Origin: Podarcis erhardii
Taxonomy: Eukaryota
Length of the DNA: 64,000 bases
Assembly (NCBI GenBank): GCA_964252035.1
Contig: OZ176204.1
Direction: 5' to 3' (one strand)
Below the pieces are notes generated by a model, which made no database searches, was not told the origin of the DNA, and saw nothing but the letters and a program-made list of their open reading frames with translations. Position 1 is the first letter of the stretch; each line of letters starts with the position of its first letter. The position numbers and the translations under genes were made by a program. This document shows, piece by piece, positions 12,869-25,196 of this stretch.

Positions 12869-14746
12869 CTGGAACACAAATAAATAACGTATTACAAGCT
12901 GCAATCATGCCTTGTGCACTCAGTAAGAGTAGAAAAATAACAATGATCCACTGTCCCAATCATAGGCAGTAGACCAGTAACATTTCTGTTTAGCACACTT
13001 GCTGATATCTCTGTTAATTACCTGAACACACCCTCACTCTCATACCCCTATTCTACGTTACTTACAGAAGATTTTAAGGTCAGCTGCACATACAACACAA
13101 TAGCTGTCTAATAAGCAAGGGGTGAGAAATCTTCTCTCTATGAAGGGCCTTGTCACAAGCCCCTTGGAGATGTCTTAGAGGGAGTGGTCTGATGGGGAAT
13201 GGAAAGAGATTGGGAATTTGGTGCAGTCTGACCCTGGGGGTGGACCCAGTGGATTGAGAAGTGGTGATGAGGACCCAGGAGATCCAAGTGGGTTGGCAGG
13301 AGAACGCCCCACTTCAGTGCCACTGGACACCCCAATGTAGAGTCTTGGCTGATTGATGAGGGCTCTGGCACCACTGAAGAGTCATCCCTTTCAGGGGCAG
13401 TGCAGAGCAACATATTTGATGGTGAATTGGCTCAATCATCTCTGTTTCCATAAACCAAGAACATGGAGACAACTGTGCTGGCACAAACAGACTTCACACG
13501 TTCAGCCCACTTGCAGGATTGCTTGCTTGCATGCCCATTCCCAGCCTTGGTACATTGATCACACAAATGAAGGTACCTGTCCTGCTCTTCAGAAGGAGAG
13601 TTCAGGGGCATCTCAGTTGTTGGGTCTTAGTTTAAGTCTAACCATGTGTCTAGAACTCTGCTGTGCTTCCTGCCTTTGCAACTTATGTTTGGACACTGTA
13701 TTGAAGTTTGGAATAAAGCCTTTAATTCCAACAACCGAGTGGAGTTTCAGCATTGCATCTCTCTCTCTCTCTGCCATGCCACCTCACCCCTCACTCCATC
13801 CCATCCCATGTTCCCTGCACAGCAGAGTTCCCTGCCCTGTGCTACACTCGTTTACTAGGCAGTAAGTTTAATTGACCATAAGGGGACTTGCTTTCAAATA
13901 AATATGCTTAGGACTGCATTGTATATAAACATTAAGGCCAAAATCCTAGGCAAGTAAGCTTGTCTAGGAATGCACTGTCATAGGGATAGAGTTTTTGTCC
14001 TGATGATTAGATAGTTGTTGTTTCTGAGGTCGTTGCCTAACATTTTGAAGTGGCTATCCTGGAGCATCTGTCTGCCCTGAGAGACTGAATTTAGGTTTCA
14101 CTGGAGGGATCCAAAAAGAAGAGCTAATAGCTTCTTAGCAGCCTGTTTTGTCATTCACCCAGTGCCACTTGTTTTTCTCAGGAACACTTGAGGGCAGCTT
14201 ACCTCAGCCAAACAACATGCCCCCTCCCCCGCAAATTTTTGCCCAGCCTACCATGCCTAGGGAAAATCCTGCCATTTCTGGAGTTTCTCCCAACTCAGTG
14301 ATCTCTCCCCCCCCCCCGCGCATCCCTTGCTTTGAATCATACTTCCAGCCAGGTACTCAGAATAGCTCCCTTCATCAGAATTCCTGGGATTCTGAAATTC
14401 AGGTCAGAACATGGGAGGGACTGGAAGAAGAAATCTATTCATTTAAGTTGCAGTAAGAGAGAAAAGAGCATGTGAGAAAGAGACAACAGTCACAGTGATA
14501 GTACACATGGCAATCTTTCAACAGGAGTGCCCACAGCATTTCATGGAAGGGTATTTTGTATTTTAGGATGCATCCAGTCTATGAGCCAGGAGTTCCCTGC
14601 CCCAGTTGTAAACCATTCCATAGTCAAGCTTGTCCTCGTTTCAAAACAGATTGGTAAACTCTACATCAACCAGAGAGACAGATGTGTTTTCTCCAGTAAT
14701 CACAGAAATTTGCTTGCAAATATTCTCCAAAGACAGAAGCACGAAC

Positions 14747-14907
14747 CTGTTGCTGCCGCTGTTGGTTGGCTTTTTGTTTGGCACGGCGCTCAAGAAACTG
14801 CTTGGCAAATTCCTTGGCTTCAGGGGTATCTCCAAGGTAGGCTCTGATGTAATCATGGACCTCGTATGGCGATTCTACTTCCTTCAAGAAGGACACAAAC
14901 GTGGGAA
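14747..14907 (-). CDS. GIGYF2: GIGYF2 exon (in-window 23)
   Basis: (V)PTFVSFLKEVESPYEVHDYIRAYLGDTPEAKEFAKQFLERRAKQKANQQRQQQ, 161 nt, AG/GT borders. Confidence 0.97.
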
Positions 14908-15428
14908 CTGCAGCCGGAAAGGAAGACAAATCACGAGATACTTACAAAGCCTATAGGTGCATAAGCAAAAAAAAAAATCCAGAGCTTTTCAATATCATAC
15001 ATTTCCTTACAAACTTTATGTAATACAGTATTATCTTTACCTTCAAGAAAACAGAGAGCCCTTTCTCCTTATTCACTGAGATATGGGATGAATTAATTTC
15101 CTCACTAAGACAACAGTCTCTGCTGGATTCCTAATGAGCACTTCCTATTTAATCTAACTTTTTAGCAATGGTGTATGCCTTATGGTACAACTTAACAGGA
15201 AATAAAATATTAACTGTAGCATCAGCCCTGATCTGTGTAAAATCAGGACTTTTAAATTCCCAAGAATACTGGGGATACCAAACCTTTTGCAATTTCCCCA
15301 TCTTCCTTAATGCTTCTAAATACAATTTTGGACAATGTGCAGTAATGCATCACATGATAATGTGCAGCTATGATGCAGTTTCTCAGTGTGTTAGACTGAA
15401 ACTTTCACACTCCTTTTTCACTGCTTAC

Positions 15429-15583
15429 CATCCAAGTTGTTGGCTGTGTTGAGTGCATGAAGCATTTGTTCACACCATTGAGTGAATCCATCCTGGGCTT
15501 TATTAACCCCCTGGAACAGCTTTAACAACTTTTCTTCTTCTTCCACCTTCTTATTCTGCCTGCTTGTAACACCTATAGATTTA
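15429..15583 (-). CDS. GIGYF2: GIGYF2 exon (in-window 22)
   Basis: (S)KSIGVTSRQNKKVEEEEKLLKLFQGVNKAQDGFTQWCEQMLHALNTANNLD, 155 nt. Confidence 0.97.
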
Positions 15584-16018
15584 CTAAGACAGGCAAAAAG
15601 GCAGTGTGTGAGGAAGAGACACAGGTTATCAGGAAAAAACATGCAAAGTATACAAGACTAGAAAATTCAAGCAGCTTCACAAACATTTCTGCCTTCTGTC
15701 AAAATCACAAATATGAAAGTATACTGAGATGGGAGCTAACAGAAAACAGAAGGAATGGAACCATAAGAGATCCTGGCTGCACTGATACAGCACACTGCAG
15801 GGTTTGGTGGAAAGGTTCCATCCACAAGACTCCAGAGGTTTTGGATGACAATTCCCATCTGTCCCAGTCAGCAAGGCCAATGGTCAGGGATGGTGTAGCC
15901 AAGACATCTGGAGGGCACAAGGTTGGCAAAGGCTACAGCAGAATGATTTAGAGACCCTGCAACAGGCCTGAGCCTCTACAATGAATTGAAGGGAAGCTCA
16001 CTGCATCCCAGTTCCTAC

Positions 16019-16227
16019 CTGATGCTAGCATTGCTCTTGTTTTTATTGGTTGCGTTACGAGGTCCAACTTCTTTGACTGCATCGTCCCAGAATCCCATGT
16101 TTGAGTTTTTTGTATCGGCATTGCTCCAAATGCTGCTGACAAGGTCTGATGCCCACTGGCTGCTAGGATTCGTGTTTAGAGAGCCCCATACTGAATTGCC
16201 AATGCTGGTGTGTAGATTAGAATGTTG
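16019..16227 (-). CDS. GIGYF2: GIGYF2 exon (in-window 21)
   Basis: QHSNLHTSIGNSVWGS...GFWDDAVKEVGPRNATNKNKSNASI, 209 nt. Confidence 0.96.
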
Positions 16228-16345
16228 CTGGAACAACAGTAATGGAGATACTGTTTATTATCACCAACAGAGGAAAAGCGATACAAATAAAATTGACTTC
16301 AACAAGAGTATTATCATTATCATTATTATTATTAGCTGTACTCAC

Positions 16346-16567
16346 TGTAGTGCTGCTGCGGGACCTGCTTTGCTGTTGCTGGTGCTGCTGCTGCTGCTGT
16401 TGCTGCTTCTGCATCTGCCTTGCCTCCTCCTGCTGTATCTCCAAGAGGGATTTTGTAGTACCGGCAGGTTTGGCAACATTTCCCCAGCCAGACAGTTTTT
16501 GTTGCTGTTGCTGCTGTTGCTGTTGCTGCTGGAGGGCTTTCATTAGTTCACGCTGCTGACGCCTTTG
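16346..16567 (-). CDS. GIGYF2: GIGYF2 exon (in-window 20), polyQ-rich
   Basis: QRRQQRELMKAL-Q11-KLSGWGNVAKPAGTTKSLLEIQQEEARQMQK-Q7-H-Q4-SRSRSSTT, 222 nt. Confidence 0.96.
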
Positions 16568-17641
16568 CTGGAAAACAGTCAATGCAGGACATCCCAGTTC
16601 TTAAATTTATACTTGATTATCTTCTACTATTTTCCACACATTTTCCTCAAAGCTGGATAAATCTGAATAGGTACATGCTTCACTGAGGGTACTGAAATTT
16701 GCCTCAGACACACTGATCAAAGTCTCTGGTCTTGGAAAGTGCACTTGGACACAAATACTTTCATATTCTGCTTGTTTTCCAGTCAAGCAAACATTACTCA
16801 TAGAACAAATTACTTTTCTACCCAGCCCCTCATTTTAAAATTCCTAACTAAAACTAGATGGGCAATGAATCTAATTTTAGGCTTTACATTTAAAGTAGAA
16901 TTAGCATTTATATTAACTACGATTCTATGTCTTTAACGTTGTATCATTAAACCAGGCAAATCTGCAAAAAAAAAAGGGGGGAAGGCTAGCTTATGAAAAT
17001 CTCTGCTCTTTCAGTCTTGGTAATCTAAGACTATGATAATATTTGGGCAATTATAACTTGGGTTTATTAAAATGAGACATGTGGAAGCTTTTTGCCTGCT
17101 TATGCTCTCCTTCTTCTCCCTTTGTAGCACACAGCAGTTATACTCAGAAAATATTCAATTAAGCACAATTTCTACTTCATCACTGGGAAATCACAGTTAC
17201 CAGGTTCAAAACCAACTAGGATTTTAACAATGCTTTGAAGTTGGCTTCAGAGCCTGCCTTGTTCTAAAACTGGTAACTGTAGTTTCGCAGCTCAGATGAT
17301 ACAGGAAACTATGCTTAATTGGCAACTTCAAGGTTTAACTGCTGTGTTCCATGAAGGGAGGTGAGAATGAGCTGTGTAAAGCCTCCTAGGTATCTTGGGT
17401 TAAGCTTATTAAGTGTTTCGAAATTGTCACAGTGACTCCTAGAAGTGACAAGCCACAACTGCACACAAATGAGCAAGCCATAGGCTGTCTAAAGGCAGAA
17501 AGTAGTGGGAGGTCACCAGATGAATATGTCTTTCACAATGGGTGAAAGAATATGTCTTTCATAACGGTGTAATGGCAAGCAAATTTGATTATTCTATTTC
17601 AGCATCAACCTAAAGCCTCTTTTCCAAACTATGAATTTTAC

Positions 17642-17764
17642 CTCTTCTCGAAGCTGCCGCTCTCTCTCTTCTTCAAGCTTCTGGATTTCTGCTAATGATA
17701 ACGTCGTTTGGGACTGACATGCCCTAGAATTTGATTGCTGACCCCATGTTGAAGAAGAAGGGAG
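17642..17764 (-). CDS. GIGYF2: GIGYF2 exon (in-window 19)
   Basis: LPSSSTWGQQSNSRACQSQTTLSLAEIQKLEEERERQLREE, 123 nt. Confidence 0.97.
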
Positions 17765-18822
17765 CTGGGAGGAAAGACATACAAGAAACAGCACTTAAAT
17801 TTTCTTAATGGAAAGAGTGAATACATCAGGATATATGCTGAATCAGCCACTCAAAAACATGCAAACAGTTTTTATTGTCTGCCACAAAAGCTGCTAATAT
17901 ACCACAATCTTTATTTTGTCTCCTTGTACTGTAGAACTGCAACCTTTTCCTGCCAGGTGTGTACCCAACCTCCAATTAATCTTTATAGTACCAACAATAG
18001 TCATAATTTCTACAGCAATATAATAGTAAGATTCAAGCACCTGACTGTGCTGTGAATGAAATGGGAATTATTCAAAGGAAAGGAAATGAAGCAAAGAAAA
18101 CAGCTGAGGGAAGAAGGCAGTAGTAGCATGGAGAAACAATAAAAAATGCATTTTAAAAAGTCTGATGCAGAGACCCATGCGATTCAACACCAACAGCTTC
18201 AGCCTCCATTTTTATACGGCTCATCCTCCCGGGACCTGTGTACATGGTACTGACTTCATTTTATCTTCACACCTACCTGGTGAAACAGATTAGACTGGCC
18301 CAAGTTTATCCAGTGAGTTTCATGACAGTGTGATGATTTGAATCCAGGTTTCTCTACTCCCAGTTTTATGCTCTAAATCAGGAGCGGAGAACCTTTTTAC
18401 CCAATGAACCAGAACATTATTTTCCCCACCCCTGCTGGTCAACTCTGGCAGCGGGACAAGGGGCACCCACCTTTAAATCATCTGGTGCCATTATGATGTC
18501 AAGTCACTGATAGCTGAGTTGTCTTCAATTCAGTGGACAACCAGCAACACTCCTGCTAATGGTCTCAGTGAATGAGCTGAGAGATAAAAGTTCAGGCAGT
18601 TGCTAAGGTACCCCAGACCTAAGTTGTTTGGGGCTTGTAAAATAACAAAAGGACCTTAAACCTGGCTCAGTAGTAGATGGGCAGCTAATGCAGATGTTTT
18701 AACAATGGTGTCACAAGTTGTGGGCTATTTGCCCGCACCAACAGTCTGGCCACTGCATTCTATACCAGCTGAAGCTTCTGGAGCATGACCAAGGGCAGTC
18801 CCACATAGAGAGCATTGCCGTA

Positions 18823-19075
18823 CAGTTGTACCTTGGGTTACATACGCTTCAGGTTACATACGCTTCAGGTTACATACGCTTCAGGTTACAGACCCCGTTA
18901 ACCCAGAAATAGGTTAAGAACTTTGCTTCAGGATGAGAACAGAAATCGTGCTCCGGCGGCGCAGCAGCAGCAGCAGGAGGCTCCATTAGCTAAAGTGGTG
19001 CTTCAGGTTAAGAAAAGTTTCAGGTTAAAAACGGACCTCCGGAACAAATTAAGTTCTTAACCTGAGGTACAACTA
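18823..19075. mobile_element. Tc1/mariner-pogo (Tigger-like) MITE, family A
   Basis: TA flanks, TIRs CAGTTGTACC.../...GGTACAACT(A). The body matches the copies at 35748, 61933 and 62772; internal 3x 16-bp GGTTACATACGCTTCA repeat. Confidence 0.9.
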
Positions 19076-19714
19076 TAATCCAGCCTCAGGAATGCAACAT
19101 GGACTACAGTAGTCAGGCTATCCTTGGTGAAGGATAGTTCCAGGTAGCACTCTGGAAGGGTTTAGCTTAAAAATGAGGCATTACTCAGGATATGTGCACC
19201 TATATACATTTTTGGTAGGGTGGCAAGTTGCATTGTATAATGCATTGAGATGCATTGTACTTTCTCAGATCTATAGGTATGGACAGAAATGCACACCCTG
19301 AGCAGGGCGAGGGGCAGGAATTATGATATGTGTCAAGGAAATCTTAATTTTTCTGTAAATTAGAGAGATTTGCATATCTATGCTACTTTCATGTTTTAGT
19401 TATTATTTGTTATTAATTTCAACAACTTAAATATCACTTAGCACTGTAATTTCTAAGCAGTGTACAATGAGATACAATGAGCAGTAAAGAGATAACCTGG
19501 ACAAACTGGGATGTCACTGATTGAAGTTAGAGCTGCCCATCTCCTGCTTCTGGTGCCCAATTCCAAGAGCGTTAAAAGGGAGGTTCTGGCAATGGTCATG
19601 TAAATTTTAGCACAGCTAACAGAGAGCTTCTCTGCTGGCTTGGGCTGTGAGCTTAACTTGTGAGAGTGGGTTTATGGCAATGAGAAAAAGAGTAACATTA
19701 TGAAGAATCAGTAC

Positions 19715-19951
19715 CTTCATCTGTGCAAGTTGCTGCTGCTGCTGCTGCTGCTGCAATCGGCGCAAAGCCTCCTGCTGCTGCTGCCTCTGCCTCATAATTT
19801 CTTTCTGGCGTTGGAGTTCCAGCTCTTTACGTTTTCGTTCTTCCTCTTCATGCCTCTGTCGGGCTGCTTCTTCTTCCATGCGCAGCCGGTTTTCTTCTAG
19901 CTGACGCTTTGCCTCTGCTTCTTCACGTGCCCATTTAGCAGCCTCCTCTTC
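19715..19951 (-). CDS. GIGYF2: GIGYF2 exon (in-window 18)
   Basis: EEEAAKWAREEAEAKRQLEENRLRMEEEAARQRHEEEERKRK...LQ8LAQMK, 237 nt. Confidence 0.96.
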
Positions 19952-20360
19952 CTTCCCAGAACAGAAAAAATATGCAGAGTCTCTAAAGTGGACTAACCTA
20001 GATTAAAATGCTTCCTTTTTGTTTGTTTCAAGATACATAGGATTGCAAAGAATCCTTTGCTTCTAAGAATGCAACCTGTGCTAGAATACAACAATTTGAT
20101 AAAATATAGCTTTAGAAAATGCCCCAGAGCAGCCATGAAAACTCCTTGTGTGACTTTGTTTCAGAATTCCAAAACTTTAAGACCATTTTGAATTGGTGGA
20201 GTCTTAAACAAAATGAAAGGTCCCTCTGCATTGTTTGATCTAATAACGGCTCATTCACTTATGCATTATCACTTGATGTAGTCAACAAGTGAGCATACAT
20301 GTGCGAACCAGCCTCTGATTCTTGCAGGTCTTAATTGCAAAATATTTCCCTTCTTTTCAC

Positions 20361-20519
20361 CTGTTTACGAAGCAACTCTTCTCGCTGTAGTCTTTCTTCC
20401 TCTTCTCTTCTCCTCTCTTCCAGTCTTCTAAGTGCTTCTTCTTGCTGTTGCCGTTCTTCCTCTTCCCGCTGCCGTCTTAGTGCAATTTCTTGTTCCCTCT
20501 GCTGCCTTAGGGCTTCTTC
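20361..20519 (-). CDS. GIGYF2: GIGYF2 exon (in-window 17)
   Basis: EEALRQQREQEIALRRQREEEERQQQEEALRRLEERRREEEERLQREELLRKQ, 159 nt. Confidence 0.97.
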
Positions 20520-21239
20520 CTGCACACAGAAATAAAAAGAATGAAATTAGCTAAAAGTGTGGATGTGCATTTAAATTCCTATTTATGTTATGCTGGATAG
20601 TAAGGTTCCCCTGACCTGGCTGCTCTGATTCTGACCTGAAGCCAGAGGTCTTTTAAATGAAACGACAGCAGTTGGGAATGCGTAGGGACAGGGGCTGACT
20701 TCACTTTGGGGGCGCAAGTCAGCAGTGGGCAGGGTCATCCTCTTTTCTCTCTCTTTCTTTCTGCTCTCCAAATTAATACCCAACCCAGAGATTACCCAAA
20801 ATCAAATTTCCCCCTTCCTGAAATTATCACCCAGGTCCTCCCCAAATTAACATCCCACCCCAAGAATACTTCTGCCTTCCTGGAAGGCAAGACTGAGATT
20901 GCTGGTGATGTGTGTGCTTGCTCTGGAGGCTGTTAAGCCTAGAGCAGACACATGCTTGGTTGCTAAAGATAAACAGACAGAGTCCTTAAACAGTCCTTTC
21001 CCAGGTGTCTCCCCCAATTCACAAAAGTGTTCTAATACAAAAATACAATCTGCCTCCTGTTGTTGTAGGCAACTTAGAAGTAATAGGGTCCCTTCAGGGG
21101 AAAAACAGGGTTTTGATAAGCCTTGCCCTTGGCAGTAGCCAGGGGATGGTGCTGAAGAACGCAGAACCATGGAGTTGCTGCAATGGCAAGAGGCCCCTTT
21201 AACTGCTCTCTTCCTGGGGTGTAAGGCTTGGGGGGGGGA

Positions 21240-21308
21240 TCATGTCCTGCATTGCAGGGGTTAGACTAGATGACCCTTGGGTCCCTTCCAACTCTGCGCT
21301 TCTATGAG
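21240..21308 (+). mobile_element. SINE/CR1 3' tail fragment
   Basis: CCTGCATTGCAGGGGTTAGACTAGATGACCCTTGGGTCCCTTCCAACTCT...CTATGA, the same tail as the SINE at 57747. Confidence 0.7.
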
Positions 21309-21602
21309 GAAGAGCTCCTGGAACATAACATAGACCATACTCCCCCCACCTGTCCTAAATAAAATTCTTATTTATTTATGTATTTTCTTTATTATGGGCA
21401 ATTTCTGCACATCCTTCAAATAAATCCCCATGGTGGCGTCCAAAATATAAACATGTATGATTGAGCTGAAAAACTGAACACACTTTGGACTTAAAAGATG
21501 GAAGGAACAGGAAACAAACTTATCCAACTTCCTTCACAGGAAATGAGAAAATGTGTTCTCTTAAAGATACTGAAATAGTAATTTATGTATTTGAGATGTC
21601 AC

Positions 21603-21761
21603 CTGCTTTCTGCGTGCCAGCTCCTCCTCTTCTCTTCTTTTTCTTTCTTCTTCTTGTCTCCTGATCAGCTCTTCCTGTTGCCTCCGTAGCTCCTCCTGTC
21701 TTTTCCGCTCTTCTTCTTCTCTTTTGGCCCTCAGTTCTGCTTCTCTCCTCTCCTGCTCTAG
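21603..21761 (-). CDS. GIGYF2: GIGYF2 exon (in-window 16)
   Basis: LEQERREAELRAKREEEERKRQEELRRQQEELIRRQEEERKRREEEELARRKQ, 159 nt. Confidence 0.97.
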
Positions 21762-22074
21762 CTGAATTAAGGAAGTAACAGTAGAAGTAAAGACCTCTTC
21801 AACTAGCACATTATTCCTGCTAGTTATAATCACTCTCATCAGCGTCCTCTTCTACAGCTACCAGTTTGATTGGTCTTCCCTAAACTGTGTCCTTGTTGTT
21901 GTTTTTTAAAAAGCCCAATTAAGAATTAGTAAGTTGTGTCCCAATTACACTAAATCAGTACAGTATAAGGCAATTACACTAAATCAGTATAAGGAATGTC
22001 ACAGTAACTCAGAAAATAAATGAAATGAAATGAAATGAAAAGCTGCAACTGGAATGGTTTCTACTGTTTCTTAC

Positions 22075-22175
22075 CTTAGCAGTTTTGGCTTTTTCAAGCT
22101 GCTGCAACTGTTCTAGAGCTGGTCCCTGAGCTGTAGTGTCGATTGGGAGATCCCAGACACTGCTTCCTTCCCAGA
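22075..22175 (-). CDS. GIGYF2: GIGYF2 exon (in-window 15)
   Basis: (V)WEGSSVWDLPIDTTAQGPALEQLQQLEKAKTAK, 101 nt. Confidence 0.97.
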
Positions 22176-22708
22176 CTGCAAAAAGAGGGGAAATGTAGGC
22201 TATTAAGGCTAGCCAAGAAACTAGCAATTCTGTGCACCCAGGCAAATTCACTGGTAATTAAAAAATATCACATGCACTATATGTTTTGATCGTTAAGACG
22301 GTTAAATGACCTCTTTTGTGTACCTTTGGTTTTCCCTTTTTTAGGAAGTAGAGAGGGAGGAAGCCTTCTAAGGATGTGTAGCTAGGCATAAATTAAGGAG
22401 GTAGAAATGAGGCTGCTGACAGAAAGTATGAGGATGAAGAGACCACCACTGAGGGCCTCTAAGATACAGCTTTTGTCTTTTATCTGCTTTATACTTGTAT
22501 CTGTACCTCTCAAAACAGCAGCATCCCAAATCATGGTTTGTGGGCTTTGATCCAGGAGCCGACCATAGTTTTCTCAAGATGTAGTTTCAGATCCTGGTTT
22601 GGCAATTATTCACAAACCATGGTTTGTAAGCGACATTCATTTGGATGTCATTTCAGGGCAGTTTGTTTTGTGTCTGAATGTAGTCAATATCAAAACACTG
22701 TTTCTTAC

Positions 22709-22809
22709 CTGTAGCTTGTGGGGCTGCTGACTGAAGCTCCCAAATTGAGCCAGTGTCTGGCACTGACACAGACCTCGTTACAGGAGTCACCATGTTCTGC
22801 TCAGCTTTC
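22709..22809 (-). CDS. GIGYF2: GIGYF2 exon (in-window 14)
   Basis: (R)KAEQNMVTPVTRSVSVPDTGSIWELQSAAPQAT, 101 nt, translated by hand (below the ORF track cutoff). Confidence 0.95.
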
Positions 22810-23443
22810 CTGGAATATAAAGAGGAAGATTCAACATGCTACATCAAAAAGCTAGTTATACTTAGAGGTCACAGGGGTGTTTTCTTTTTATTTTAAAATA
22901 CAATGCTTCTCTTTTTTCTCCCTCTTCTTCAGAACCAGTATTAAAGTGATATTAGGGCATAACTTCCTGACAATTCCAACATTGCTGAGCAAAATCCCGA
23001 ACTCTTGAGATGCACAAAACTGTTCTTTAATACTGAGCAGAATTTGAATGAAAATTTTTGCTCTGGTAAATTAACAGGCTTCAATGAAAACAAATATGAG
23101 ATGATGACAAATACAACCAACATAAATGGACAAAGTGACAACAGATCTATTTCACAGTCTTAGTGACACTGACTTGAAGCAATTTTGAACAGGCATAAAC
23201 AGAGTGCTATATATTCAACAACCACTATCATGAGTAGACTCTATATATACATTATATTCAGTGTTATATTACATGCCCTTTTGATAATGTGAAGTATGAA
23301 CATGACAGTTATGTGCATGCCAACATTTCCAAAGACATGTTCTCAGGAAACCATTCATGGTAGGTGGCCTGAAGTTTACTTTCAAAGTACTGGATTTACT
23401 ACTGCATAATGTGTGAAAATGGCCCTGAAACTTGCATTCTTAC

Positions 23444-23551
23444 CTCATTTTAAGTGCCTGGAACTGTTGCAAAAGGAGAGCCAGCTGCTGCTGCTGCTGT
23501 GATGAGAGAGCTGCTTTTTGCTGCTGTGCCATTACCTGGGCATACTGTTGT
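23444..23551 (-). CDS. GIGYF2: GIGYF2 exon (in-window 13)
   Basis: (Q)QQYAQVMAQQQKAALSSQQQQQLALLLQQFQALKM(R), 108 nt. Confidence 0.96.
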
Positions 23552-24962
23552 CTGGAAAAGAGAATGGGGAAAAGTTCACGCTACTTAGTTACAGAATGAC
23601 TATAACAACCCAGAAAAGAAAAGAGCTGCTAGTTCATACCACAACTGACATTCAAACACATCAGTACAAACCAGAACCCACCCACCAAAAATAAGAAAGT
23701 GCCATTTGAAGTGGCTATTCAAAACAGTGACACACAACATTTACCTAAATTATAGATTGGATCTAACTATCCCTTTGTCATATAGGATTCCCCCTTTCCA
23801 TGGAAGGTTTTCACTGAATGGAGGATCACGATGGTGGGAAAGGAGTTTACTGGAGCCAACTCTCTCTACCCCACAAGCCCTCCAGGGGACACATGGGAAT
23901 GGAGGGGGAAGGGGAAATAAGTGAATGTCACTTCCTTCCTTCCACTGGCAGGAGCATCCCATGAGCAAGTCTGCTCATGAAAAACTCCTGCCAGCAGAAA
24001 GTAACTCAGGTTCCAAGCCTTTTATTTAAGCACTAGGCTGGCAACCTTAAGCAACCAGGAGTTGCAGGCAGGCTGGAGGAAGAGGAATAAAGTGCTCCAT
24101 CCCTTCTCTGTGCTCAGAATAGAAACCAAATAGGCTATTGACAGAAGAACATCAAAATGGAAGCCCTCTACCCTGGATATTGTGGACCACAACTCCCACC
24201 AGTCCAGCCAGCATGGCCAATGGCCAGGGATGATGAGAGTGGTAATCCAGCACCAGGTTGGCTAGCCCTGACCTACAAAAAAACAGGACCCTATATTCTC
24301 AACTCCTAGCCCACATACTTGCAGTACACATACTGCTGTCCACAGAACCAGAAAGTAATGACTGATGTATGGTAACTGTGACAAAGAGCAACTTGAATCA
24401 AGAGCTGCCACCATTTGTCAAAGCTCGTCTTTGTCATAGCCACCACTTTCCCACTGTTCCTCACACTTTCTTGCCCATTCCCTGTCCTGACCATCACGGG
24501 CAGCATGTGCCCTATACTAGCAGGATGGTGCAAGACAAACCAAGCTATCTAGGAGAAATTTTGTGAGCCTACCTACTCCTCTTCCTTGTCACCCAGAGGG
24601 AGACTCTAGGTAAGCAGACTGACTGCTGGAGATAAGGAGCCGCAACAATAAGTGAGCTGGCAGAATTGCCGCTGAGTAGTTTAAGTTGTCTCATAATGGG
24701 TCCTCCTTCTGCTAGGTGATAGGGGCATATGCCATCAGCAGGGACAGAGGACTTTGGATGGAGTGGGTGGTGGTAGCAGTGGCTGTTGTTGTTCCTCCTC
24801 CACTGACCACTCAGGGGGAGGTATGTGGCTGGGCAGTGAGAAGAAGTAAGAGCTGCCATGTACAGGGATGTCTTGCTGTCCACTTAGTATGAAAAATTGG
24901 ACTACCCTGCTCTAGATCATTTAAACAAAGCAAAATGGCCATTGACAAATATTTATATAGAC

Positions 24963-25092
24963 CAGGGGATGCTAACCTGTGGTGCTCCAGATGCTGTTCC
25001 AACTCCCATCAACCCCAGTCAGCATGTGCAATGATCAGGGATGAAGGGAATTATAGTCCAACATCTGGAGGGCCAAAGGTTAGCCACCACTG
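24963..25092. mobile_element. hAT-like palindromic MITE with degenerate 8-bp TSD
   Basis: CAGGGGATGCTAACCTGTGGTGCTCCAGATG ... CATCTGGAGGGCCAAAGGTTAGCCACCACTG. Flanks ATATAGAC / ATGTAAAC match at 6 of 8. Confidence 0.7.
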
Positions 25093-25104
25093 ATGTAAAC
25101 TTAC

Positions 25105-25196
25105 TGTAACAAAAATTGCTGGTACTGGAGGTGCTGCATTTGGTACATGGCTGTGAATTCCTGTTGTCTAGTCAGTCGTTCCTGGTCCAACTCTCC
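25105..25196 (-). CDS. GIGYF2: GIGYF2 exon (in-window 12)
   Basis: GELDQERLTRQQEFTAMYQMQHLQYQQFLL(Q), 92 nt. Confidence 0.96.

Noticed and set aside
15986-16559. Plus-strand ORFs rich in Leu or Cys (186 aa, 105 aa) and similar ones at 19700-19900 and 20335-20535
   Set aside because: Antisense shadows of GIGYF2 CAG/GAA-rich exons.
21942-21993. Short direct repeats (also near 17520-17552 and 58248-58273)
   Set aside because: Two-copy local slippage duplications; not CRISPR-like or otherwise organised.
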